Shown: positions 1-8,694, counted from the stretch's first letter. The stretch is DNA of 32,000 nt from Saccharospirillum sp. (GCA_022565595.1 JAIUML010000013.1:56348-88347); one strand, 5' to 3'. Made by a program: numbers and translations. The notes: generated by a model not told the origin, from the letters alone.

Positions 1-402
1 GTGACTTCAAGCGAGGTTGAGGCTCTCGTGGTAAAGATGATATGGGGAACAAGATATGGAGAGCCAGAACCATATTTGACTCAAACGAATATTATGACAT
101 CGCTGCAGCGACTATCTAAGAACCCGAAGGCTACAGAGTTGATGCCTAATTATGAGTTTCTGTGCGACATAGCTCATCCTAGCTTCATAGGCAATACCAG
201 CTACTGGTCACATGTGGACTCGGTTTATCCGGATGGTTCAGAAAAACGAGTAATGTCGCGTTTGTCGAGCAGAGAGTTCAATACAGACATTACTGATAAA
301 ACCATATGGGCTCTGGCTTGGTCTTCAGCCTGTGTTCGTAACGCTTTCGAGATTATGAGTGATGCGAATAGAGTCCTGTTGGGCAAGCTGAAAATCAGCT
401 AA
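1..402 (+). CDS. 3' end of a hypothetical protein; the gene begins upstream of the window
   Basis: The frame is open from the window edge to TAA at 400-402. I recognise no family motif. The GTG at position 1 is a window-edge artefact, not a start codon. Composition is intermediate to low GC. Confidence 0.45.
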   Translation: MTSSEVEALVVKMIWGTRYGEPEPYLTQTNIMTSLQRLSKNPKATELMPNYEFLCDIAHPSFIGNTSYWSHVDSVYPDGSEKRVMSRLSSREFNTDITDKTIWALAWSSACVRNAFEIMSDANRVLLGKLKIS

Positions 403-545
403 CAAACGGCTGTTGTCGCCCCTTCGGGGCTGGGACGGCCTTTCCGCCGCTTCGCGGCTACAAGTCCGCCCCAAAGCCGGGCGTTATATCGCAATGCTTT
501 CTGCGACATTTTGGATGTTTTGGCTATCAAAATTATAGGTATTTT
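403..545 (+). other. GC-rich hairpin cluster and possible promoter upstream of the RT; candidate ncRNA or terminator region
   Basis: Read directly: GCCCC-TTC-GGGGC at 418-430, GCCGC-TTC-GCGGC at 446-458, and CGCCC-N7-GGGCG at 467-483. TCGCA-N8-TGCGA at 489-506 is followed by CATTTT. A weak sigma70-like pair follows: TTGGAT (511-516), 17 nt, TATAGG (534-539). Confidence 0.3.
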
Positions 546-2198
546 GTGAAACGTGATCTGGATGAGAATCTTCTAGCATTTCCAATCAACATTGGAGCCA
601 CACTAAAACATCTTCGCCAAGATATGAAGGATGACTGGTTCTATGATTCTGTACGGTATGAAGACCTTCTTTCAAGTGGTAAGAACCTCCACGAGATTCT
701 TTCACAAAACCTTGAGATAAACCATGGTGAATACAAGGCTGGTCATAAGGCTATATATGATGTTCCAAAAAGAGCGCTAGGGCTAAGGTATACATTGGAA
801 TTAGACTTTTATGATAGATTCCTGTACCAAGCGATTTGTAGCTACCTAATTCCATATTTCGATCCGCTCTTATCAAATCGTGTATTCAGTCATCGATACA
901 ATAAGTATGGTAAAGAGAAGTATCTTTTTAAACATCGAATTGAACTGTGGAATACGTTCGAGAACATTAGCCATCTTGCCTTAGTCGATGATAAAACCCT
1001 TTTGGTAACTGACCTTCTTAATTATTTTGAGCAAATATCAATAGATGCCATTGAAAATGCGTTTGTTGGAATGATATCTGAAATCGAAGCAACTGGGGCA
1101 GATAAAAATAAGATACGAAGCGCGGTAAGCACGTTGAGGGTATTGCTCGAAAAGTGGTGTTACAGCGAGAGGCATGGTTTACCACAAAATCGTGATGCAT
1201 CTTCATTTATTGCGAATGTGGTACTTGATGCGGTTGATAAAAGCATGGTCGATAAGGGGTATGATTACTTTCGCTATGTCGATGATATTAGGATTATATG
1301 CTCTGACGAATACCAAGCTAAAAGAGCGCTCAATGACCTTATTTTTGAAATAAGAAAGTTTGGCCTGAATATAAACTCAAAGAAAACTGTAATCCTTGAT
1401 AAGGATAGTGAAAATATTCAAGAGTTCTTTCCGAGCTCTGACGACACTATGACTCTTATCGATACTATGTGGAGGTCTAAGAGCAGGAAAGTAATCGCTC
1501 GGTCGATACCAGTATTATTTGATTTTCTAAAGAAACAAATAGATGAGGGAGAAACACAGAGCCGCCCTTTCCGTTACTGCATAAATCGATTTAAAACATT
1601 GATCTCATCAAACCTTTTTGACTCTAAATCAATTCTCGCCAGTGAGATTGCAGATACCCTAATTCGAGAATTTAGTAGGCAGCCAGTGTCTACTGATCAG
1701 TTTTGTAAGCTATTGATGGATTTGGATTTATCTAATGCGCAAAATCAATCAATCGCAAATTTTATAATGAATAGAGATGTCGCCATACATGGCTGGCAAA
1801 ATTATCACCTTATTTTGCTTATGGCGCATAAGAAATTCAAGGCTACTGACCTAGTGGAACACTGTAAAACTCTGGTTAGGCAAAGTGTTCTTAGTCCCGA
1901 AGTCCCTGCTTGTTTTATATATCTTGCTTCCATTGGTCTTGAAAGTGCCGTTGAAGATTTCATTGAGGATTTTAAGGAAACTTGGCCCTATCAGCACCAG
2001 AGGTACTTTTTGATTGCGCTTCAGAACACACCAAAGGAGAAACTGCAACCCATGTTCGGTAAGGTTGGATATCGTCTGCGGGGGACTGCGGCCAGATTGC
2101 AAAAGAGCAAAATTTTTAAAGGTGATACGGTGTACTTAAGGGATTTCAATACGACACTTATCGATGAAATATATGATGAGATATCTCCGTATGAGTAA
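546..2198 (+). CDS. Reverse transcriptase, stand-alone UG/Abi-like (defence-associated RT type) with an alpha-helical C-terminal half
   Basis: RT motifs occur in the correct order. Motif 1/2 is YDVPKRALGLRY. SHRY follows. Motif A is LLVTDLLNYFEQI. Motif B is GLPQNRDASSFIANVVLD. Motif C is FRYVDDIRII, with YVDD at nt 1275-1286. GLNINSKKT follows. About 220 C-terminal residues look helical. The start is uncertain: GTG at 546 or ATG at 624. Confidence 0.85.
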   Translation: MKRDLDENLLAFPINIGATLKHLRQDMKDDWFYDSVRYEDLLSSGKNLHEILSQNLEINHGEYKAGHKAIYDVPKRALGLRYTLELDFYDRFLYQAICSYLIPYFDPLLSNRVFSHRYNKYGKEKYLFKHRIELWNTFENISHLALVDDKTLLVTDLLNYFEQISIDAIENAFVGMISEIEATGADKNKIRSAVSTLRVLLEKWCYSERHGLPQNRDASSFIANVVLDAVDKSMVDKGYDYFRYVDDIRIICSDEYQAKRALNDLIFEIRKFGLNINSKKTVILDKDSENIQEFFPSSDDTMTLIDTMWRSKSRKVIARSIPVLFDFLKKQIDEGETQSRPFRYCINRFKTLISSNLFDSKSILASEIADTLIREFSRQPVSTDQFCKLLMDLDLSNAQNQSIANFIMNRDVAIHGWQNYHLILLMAHKKFKATDLVEHCKTLVRQSVLSPEVPACFIYLASIGLESAVEDFIEDFKETWPYQHQRYFLIALQNTPKEKLQPMFGKVGYRLRGTAARLQKSKIFKGDTVYLRDFNTTLIDEIYDEISPYE

Positions 2199-3747
2199 GG
2201 GAAGTACTGTATATTTCACGTATCAGAAAGACTTTTCTGAAAGCGGTAAAGATCGATACTTTATATATGACGGTGAGGCATTCTACGAAGTTTCTTCAGA
2301 AGAAGTTGTTGCACTTGATTGTTTCGTTGTAACTCATGATTTCTGGTTGATTTCTAGTTCGTTATTTAAAAAACATGGAAGCTTGCCCTCGAAAATTGTT
2401 GATGTTGTTTTGTTATCAAAGATATCGATCGGAGTGAAATCAATAGACGGAGATGTTCAGCCGTGGGATGTGTCAAAAACTATTAGACCACTATTCAAGG
2501 TTGTCGATGACTTTGATAGTTATATGGACATGTATTATCGGCGCAAAGATCTGGTTTTTGACGTGTACATGCTTTTTTCTCACAAGCTTGCCGAATATTT
2601 TGAGAAATTATCAGTCTTAGCAACAGATTCAGGAGAAATGGAAAGGTTTTATAGTTTGGAGCTCCCTGTCTTTAACAAGCTTACACTTTCAGCATGCAGA
2701 GGCATTCGAGTAGACAATAGTGCTGTTAGAAAGCAAAAGGACAATCTTAAATTGGACTTCTATCGGCAGCTTAAGTTGTTCGCTGAGAAGCATAAAGTGC
2801 TTTACGAACTTCCCAGTAAAGGGGATGCCAGGGAGAAATTGTCCAAGCTAGGATATAACGTTCAGGATTATAGTCTTGAGTTTTTGATTGATTTTCTGCC
2901 TTCGCGTGATGGCTATACCGATGATTTGCGAAGTCTTCAAAAGACGAATAAAGCCTATAGAGTATTTAATTCAATTTCGTATGGTTCTAGTCGACTGAGA
3001 CCAATAGTCGAATCACATTGGACTTCAACATCTAGAATATATCATAAGTCGCCAAACCTTCAGAATATACCAAAAAAGTATCGGAATATATTTATCCCCG
3101 ATGAAGGAATGTCTCTTTGTTATGTGGATTATGATCAGTTTGAAGTTGGCATTATGGCCGCGATTTCATCTGATCCGATAATGAAAGATATATATGAAAA
3201 TCGTGACGCCTATAAAGATTTAGCTGTTCAAGTTTTTAATGACGAGGGAATGAGGAAGAAAGCTAAAGTAATGTTTCTTTCTTACACGTACGGAATGTCA
3301 CTCGAAAATATTATTAGGGCTGTCAAAGAGTTGGGTGGGGATCAAAAAAATGCTCGCGAGTATTTTTCAGGGTTCACTGTATTTGAGTCATGGAAAGAGT
3401 CGGTAAATAATGCATTTTTGAAAAATGGGAAGATTGCGACTATTTCGGCTAATTATTTGAATAGAAATACAAATGCAGAATTAACTGATAAAGAGAAAAG
3501 GGCATCGGTCAATCATGTAATTCAAGGCACAGCCACATATATATTTAAGAGAGCGCTGTTAGAGCTTTCTAGTCTTGATGGTGTTCAAATTCTAATACCA
3601 ATGCATGATGCTGTATTATTTCAGCATACAAACCAAGTAGATCCTAATTCAGTGGTTGAATTATTTGAAGATGTAATGACTAAAGAGTTGTCCGGAAAGG
3701 TGTCTGGTAAGGCATCTATTGAAGCGTTTTATGAGAAAAATAATTGA
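2164..3747 (+). CDS. Family-A (Pol I/Klenow-like) DNA polymerase domain protein with no recognisable 5'-3' or 3'-5' exonuclease domain
   Basis: Pol A motifs are present. YSLELPVFNKLTLSACRGIRVD matches the thumb region. TSTSRIYHKSPNLQNIP has PNLQNIP at nt 3052-3072. Motif A is DYDQFEVGIMAAIS (from nt 3121). Motif B is RKKAKVMFLSYTYGMS. NHVIQGTATYIFKRAL follows. Motif C is IPMHDAVLF (nt 3601-3621). An alternative start, ATG 2191, lies inside ATGAGTAA and overlaps the RT stop, which would give translational coupling. Confidence 0.85.
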   Translation: MKYMMRYLRMSKGSTVYFTYQKDFSESGKDRYFIYDGEAFYEVSSEEVVALDCFVVTHDFWLISSSLFKKHGSLPSKIVDVVLLSKISIGVKSIDGDVQPWDVSKTIRPLFKVVDDFDSYMDMYYRRKDLVFDVYMLFSHKLAEYFEKLSVLATDSGEMERFYSLELPVFNKLTLSACRGIRVDNSAVRKQKDNLKLDFYRQLKLFAEKHKVLYELPSKGDAREKLSKLGYNVQDYSLEFLIDFLPSRDGYTDDLRSLQKTNKAYRVFNSISYGSSRLRPIVESHWTSTSRIYHKSPNLQNIPKKYRNIFIPDEGMSLCYVDYDQFEVGIMAAISSDPIMKDIYENRDAYKDLAVQVFNDEGMRKKAKVMFLSYTYGMSLENIIRAVKELGGDQKNAREYFSGFTVFESWKESVNNAFLKNGKIATISANYLNRNTNAELTDKEKRASVNHVIQGTATYIFKRALLELSSLDGVQILIPMHDAVLFQHTNQVDPNSVVELFEDVMTKELSGKVSGKASIEAFYEKNN

Positions 3748-3846
3748 ACCCGCGAAAATTTCAGCAATAGTAAACAAATCTAGAGACGATATAACAAGCG
3801 ACTGTGATCCATAGTCAACCCAATTTTTGCTGCCCCGAAATATGTA

Positions 3847-3957
3847 TTAAGTGGCTACCCACTCACTATCATTCTTAACCATGGTGTTTAAAATGGTGAC
3901 CATTTTTCGCATACACGCAGTCAAAGCGACTTTTTTGTGCTTACCCTGCGCTACAGC
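3847..3957 (-). pseudogene. C-terminal remnant (~35 codons) of an IS110-family transposase, truncated at the terminal CRISPR repeat
   Basis: The minus-strand translation is AQGKHKKVALTACMRKMVTILNTMVKNDSEWVAT*, with the stop at 3847-3849. It resembles the conserved IS110/IS1111 transposase C-terminus of the form GKPKKVALVACMRKLLTILNAML(R/K)D..W. The frame hits a TAG inside the repeat immediately upstream, and no N-terminal part is present. Confidence 0.55.
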
Positions 3958-6900
3958 TGCCTATGCGGCAGTGAACGGCCGACCATGTAGCGACCACTGA
4001 TTTCGGCGTTTCTGAGCTGCCTATGCGGCAGTGAACAGTCTGCGCTCATACAATCCCCAACTGGCTCATTTCTGAGCTGCCTATGCGGCAGTGAACTCGG
4101 TCGAACTACTAAAATATTTCACTATTAATTTCTGAGCTGCCTATGCGGCAGTGAACCCTGCCGTAATTGTCACAAAAGCCTCCCCACTTTTCTGAGCTGC
4201 CTATGCGGCAGTGAACCCTTAGGGGCTTTGTAAACCCCTTTTAATATGTTTCTGAGCTGCCTATGCGGCAGTGAACGCGTTCCAGGTTACGCGCTTGTTC
4301 TTCAGTAATTTCTGAGCTGCCTATGCGGCAGTGAACGCGACTCAGCAGCCGATAGCAGGCCAAATAGGTTTCTGAGCTGCCTATGCGGCAGTGAACACCT
4401 ACACGCTCACCTATACGGTTATCTATCATTTCTGAGCTGCCTATGCGGCAGTGAACTTGATCAAACATGGATTCCAACTCAGCTTCACTTTCTGAGCTGC
4501 CTATGCGGCAGTGAACGCGTTTTGGGTGCAAATGAACTCAGCCCCAGGTTTCTGAGCTGCCTATGCGGCAGTGAACTTCACACCTATTTCATTCCCCGCA
4601 AGTCCGATTTTCTGAGCTGCCTATGCGGCAGTGAACCAGTAGTGTCTGGCGTTGTGAAGAATAGTTTATTTCTGAGCTGCCTATGCGGCAGTGAACTGAT
4701 AGGCGCTCGCGATCGTCGCCTGCGCGTTTTTCTGAGCTGCCTATGCGGCAGTGAACGGCGGCGTACAGTGCCGAGAACCTGATCAACTTTTCTGAGCTGC
4801 CTATGCGGCAGTGAACACAGTTGTCAGTGACACTGAGGTCAGCGGCACTTTCTGAGCTGCCTATGCGGCAGTGAACGGCTGACCAGTGGTAGCCTTTTGA
4901 TACACCACTTTCTGAGCTGCCTATGCGGCAGTGAACGTAATACAACAAGTGTCAATCTTTCTACTACTTTTCTGAGCTGCCTATGCGGCAGTGAACCCAA
5001 AGCCTATCTCACGTTCTACCTGTGTCATTTTCTGAGCTGCCTATGCGGCAGTGAACGAGGCTACGGCGGGGAGGTCTGCCGGGGCGGTTTTCTGAGCTGC
5101 CTATGCGGCAGTGAACGCCCTGGTTTCCGGCAACATCTACATCTTGCATTTCTGAGCTGCCTATGCGGCAGTGAACACACTTGAAGGCCCATAACGGGCC
5201 TCTTAAAGTTTCTGAGCTGCCTATGCGGCAGTGAACTCAAACATTTCACTTGCTACATCGGCTGCAATTTTCTGAGCTGCCTATGCGGCAGTGAACTTTA
5301 TGACAGAGTTCAATAACTACTGCTGGGCTTTCTGAGCTGCCTATGCGGCAGTGAACCCTATACGCCGGTAACCATGGCCGCCGCTGAATTTCTGAGCTGC
5401 CTATGCGGCAGTGAACCCTGAAAGCGAGTTTATCTATCTTGGGAAAGTTTTCTGAGCTGCCTATGCGGCAGTGAACGAATAGCAGCATCAGACCGAATAT
5501 CAATCAGCTTTCTGAGCTGCCTATGCGGCAGTGAACCCGTTTATGTACTGGCTATTAATTGATCTATATTTCTGAGCTGCCTATGCGGCAGTGAACGACG
5601 CCCGCTGACCCTGATCCAATCCTTTGATTTTCTGAGCTGCCTATGCGGCAGTGAACATACAGTGTTCCGCGTCCCCTTGACTGTACCCTTTCTGAGCTGC
5701 CTATGCGGCAGTGAACGATCTCTTTGGCTTTGCGCTCAGCTTCTTTGCTTTCTGAGCTGCCTATGCGGCAGTGAACGCTATGCCGTTAGGGTTCTGTTCG
5801 TTCCATGTTTTCTGAGCTGCCTATGCGGCAGTGAACGATAATTCAAGGTTGATACCAGTTGATGACTGTTTCTGAGCTGCCTATGCGGCAGTGAACCTAC
5901 CGGACGATGAGCGAGAATGGAGCCTTGATTTCTGAGCTGCCTATGCGGCAGTGAACTATCAATGCCTTTATCCGGTGACTCGCCAATATTTCTGAGCTGC
6001 CTATGCGGCAGTGAACATGTGGCAATATCGGTATCACCCAGATCAATATTTCTGAGCTGCCTATGCGGCAGTGAACTGCTGTCTCTGTCTGACCGCCTCT
6101 CTGCACCATTTCTGAGCTGCCTATGCGGCAGTGAACGCGCAAAACATATAACGGTGCGGAATAATGCCTTTCTGAGCTGCCTATGCGGCAGTGAACTTCG
6201 CCACGGTAGCGGATGGTGCGATTCTGTATTTCTGAGCTGCCTATGCGGCAGTGAACGTTCACCTTAGATCAGGTTTCGGGACAGCACATTTCTGAGCTGC
6301 CTATGCGGCAGTGAACGCGGCACCAATCCTCACCAGTCCAACGGCAACTTTCTGAGCTGCCTATGCGGCAGTGAACTCTCTATGTCTCGCTTAAACGCTA
6401 CATCGTCATTTCTGAGCTGCCTATGCGGCAGTGAACACAAGACCGAAGCGGCTATGGTCCATTACTGTTTTCTGAGCTGCCTATGCGGCAGTGAACAAGG
6501 CTTGACGATTCCTGAGCCGTTGCAGTGTTTTCTGAGCTGCCTATGCGGCAGTGAACTCGAAATGAATTCCGAGCCAGGTGCTGCTGATTTTCTGAGCTGC
6601 CTATGCGGCAGTGAACGAAGAAATTAGAACCCAGCCAGCGTGCGAGCTTTTCTGAGCTGCCTATGCGGCAGTGAACCGCGTCTTCTTCATTGATCAACTT
6701 GGAGTAAATTTCTGAGCTGCCTATGCGGCAGTGAACCTGGGCTTCGCTGTAATCCCCTACCCGGCCAATTTCTGAGCTGCCTATGCGGCAGTGAACGTAC
6801 GGTTGGTGTCTACCCTGACACTTCCACGTTTCTGAGCTGCCTATGCGGCAGTGAACCTATTGATCGTTCGATAGTTTTACCCTTTAATTTTCTGAGCTGC

Positions 6901-7996
6901 CTATGCGGCAGTGAACTATCCGCTTGACTCGGGTTTGTGGAGTGGCTTTTTCTGAGCTGCCTATGCGGCAGTGAACCACACTCCTTGAATGGCCAGTTGG
7001 CACCATTATTTCTGAGCTGCCTATGCGGCAGTGAACTGAACAAGACCGACAGAACACTCACTGTTTTTTTTCTGAGCTGCCTATGCGGCAGTGAACGCTA
7101 TAGCGCGAGCAATGAGCGATAACCCAACTTTCTGAGCTGCCTATGCGGCAGTGAACGCACAGGAAAGGCGTTTGTCGCTTATAGATTTTTTCTGAGCTGC
7201 CTATGCGGCAGTGAACATGGTCTGACTTTTTAACCAGTTTAAAACTCTTTTCTGAGCTGCCTATGCGGCAGTGAACGCTGTCGCCTTCACATCGTGCTTG
7301 TTATAGCTTTTCTGAGCTGCCTATGCGGCAGTGAACGAAAACTATCAGTTGATTGCTTATGCACTAATTTTCTGAGCTGCCTATGCGGCAGTGAACTCCC
7401 CCCAACCTTCGCGTATGATATCCTGCTTTTTCTGAGCTGCCTATGCGGCAGTGAACAGAATGGAACGCCTGTTTAACCGTAGCGCCCTTTTCTGAGCTGC
7501 CTATGCGGCAGTGAACTTGTCGCAACGCAATGGACTTTGCGGACCAGTTTTCTGAGCTGCCTATGCGGCAGTGAACTTGATGTACTCATAGAGTTCGTCG
7601 CTTCCGGCTTTCTGAGCTGCCTATGCGGCAGTGAACGTTTCAGGGTGTGCGTTTGTGGGTGTTTTTGTTTTCTGAGCTGCCTATGCGGCAGTGAACCTCC
7701 CCGCTGGTTGCGTCGTATTCCTGCCCTTTTTCTGAGCTGCCTATGCGGCAGTGAACACAATACGCACACATTTGGTGATTTTGCTAGCTTTCTGAGCTGC
7801 CTATGCGGCAGTGAACACGGGGATGTAACAGGCGACATTGCGGTCACTTTTCTGAGCTGCCTATGCGGCAGTGAACTTGACGACTTCAATCACTTTATTG
7901 ATTCTCTTTTTCTGAGCTGCCTATGCGGCAGTGAACCAGAGCCAGACCCGGCTGACGTTATTGCATTGTTTCTGAGCTGCCTATGCGGCAGTGAAC
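3949..7996 (-). CRISPR. Type I-F CRISPR array with 68 repeats and 67 spacers
   Basis: The 28-nt repeat is GTTCACTGCCGCATAGGCAGCTCAGAAA on the minus strand. It differs at 2 positions from the P. aeruginosa I-F repeat as I recall it. The period is exactly 60 bp, so every spacer is 32 bp. I checked 67 identical repeats line by line (4009...7969). The trailer repeat at 3949-3976 is degenerate in its outer 6 nt. Orientation follows the repeat sequence and the adjacent cas6f and leader at the high-coordinate end. Confidence 0.98.
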
Positions 7997-8128
7997 TAGC
8001 CCAATACTAGCCTAATATCCTGATTTTTAAAGAACTTTCACTCTAAACGTGAAAAAGCCCCTCTTGGAAGGGGCTATGCTAAGTCATTGTTTTTAAAGCA
8101 CTAAAAAATACTGCTGAAAAAAGGGTCA
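7997..8128 (-). promoter_or_regulatory. CRISPR leader: AT-rich spacer between cas6f and the first repeat
   Basis: This is 132 bp of AT-rich sequence between the cas6f stop (8129) and the leader-proximal repeat (7996). I found no convincing -35/-10 pair by eye. Confidence 0.6.
8051..8075 (-). terminator. Rho-independent terminator after cas6f, inside the leader
   Basis: The minus strand reads AGCCCCT-TCCAAG-AGGGGCT followed by TTTTTCAC. Confidence 0.5.
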
Positions 8129-8692
8129 TTAGAACCAGGGGATAGTCGCCCCCTTGCTCAACCCGTAGCTTGAAAATGCACCGGGTTGCTCAGCGGTCAG
8201 GGGCTCCCCCTGGTCAATGAATAGCTTGAACAGCTCTCCTGTGCTTCTACTGCTCAATGTTGCAAAAGGCAGGTTGCTTTTTTGCTCAATTGAGATAGGA
8301 ATAGCCTGGGCTGCTTGTTCGTACGTTTCCCCTTTTCGTTTCATCCGCCTTCGCCTGAGCCGTTCTGCATTGGACTTCACTTGACGGCGTTGCACAATAC
8401 GGTGCTTGGCTTCTGCCGGAACAGGTTGAGGCGTATTGCATATTGCGTGATCAGACATACCCAAAAGCCATCGTTTTTCCATCAATTGATTGAGCCGCTG
8501 TTCATTACCGTGAAGCCGCAAGCGGCCTCCCAGGTTACGAGGCGATAAACTGTAGTCTGGAAAGCTGATGCCAATGTCTGTCGCTTCCATTTCGACCAAA
8601 GCCCGGTGAAGCTTGCTGATCAAGGCATTCATCAGCATGGGAGCACCAAACTCGGGGTCGGGTCGCAATTGTATTTCCAGATAATGGTCCAT
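8129..8692 (-). CDS. cas6f: Cas6f (Csy4) crRNA endoribonuclease
   Basis: MDHYLEIQLRPDPEF...GLSKGATIPWF is collinear with P. aeruginosa Csy4 as I remember it (MDHYLDIRLRPDPEF...GLSKGGFVPWF). I chose ATG at 8692 rather than the TTG at 8698 in the ORF track. Confidence 0.95.
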   Translation of the reverse strand: MDHYLEIQLRPDPEFGAPMLMNALISKLHRALVEMEATDIGISFPDYSLSPRNLGGRLRLHGNEQRLNQLMEKRWLLGMSDHAICNTPQPVPAEAKHRIVQRRQVKSNAERLRRRRMKRKGETYEQAAQAIPISIEQKSNLPFATLSSRSTGELFKLFIDQGEPLTAEQPGAFSSYGLSKGATIPWF

Positions 8693-8694
8693 AA

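Noticed and set aside
1-3. The GTG at position 1 is shown as the start of the first ORF.
   Set aside because: It is a window-edge artefact. The frame is simply open to the edge, so the gene is treated as 5'-truncated.
396-487. An integron attC-like site after ORF1, with AGCTAAC ... GTTATAT resembling RYYYAAC ... GTTRRRY.
   Set aside because: Each core matches only 6 of 7. The internal sequence forms local hairpins rather than one long imperfect palindrome pairing the two ends. No intI or further cassettes are visible.
546-2198. The RT might be a CRISPR-adaptation RT, like the RT-Cas1 systems that acquire spacers from RNA.
   Set aside because: It is not fused to or adjacent to cas1. It lies at the trailer end, convergent with array transcription, in a compositionally foreign island behind an IS remnant. 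It is also coupled to its own polymerase partner. As far as I know, RT-linked adaptation is a feature of type III and a few other subtypes, not I-F. Co-location in a defence island is the simpler reading.
3977-7968. Possible self-targeting spacers against the RT-PolA island or other parts of the window.
   Set aside because: I compared several AT-rich spacers by eye with the island and found no match. This was not exhaustive and needs a computed search, so no claim is made.
4241-8010. About twenty ORFs of 60-157 aa on both strands, with reiterated peptides VHCRIGSSE, FLSCLCGSE and SLPHRQLRK.
   Set aside because: They are translations of the 28-nt CRISPR repeat recurring every 60 nt (20 codons). 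They have no independent coding evidence.
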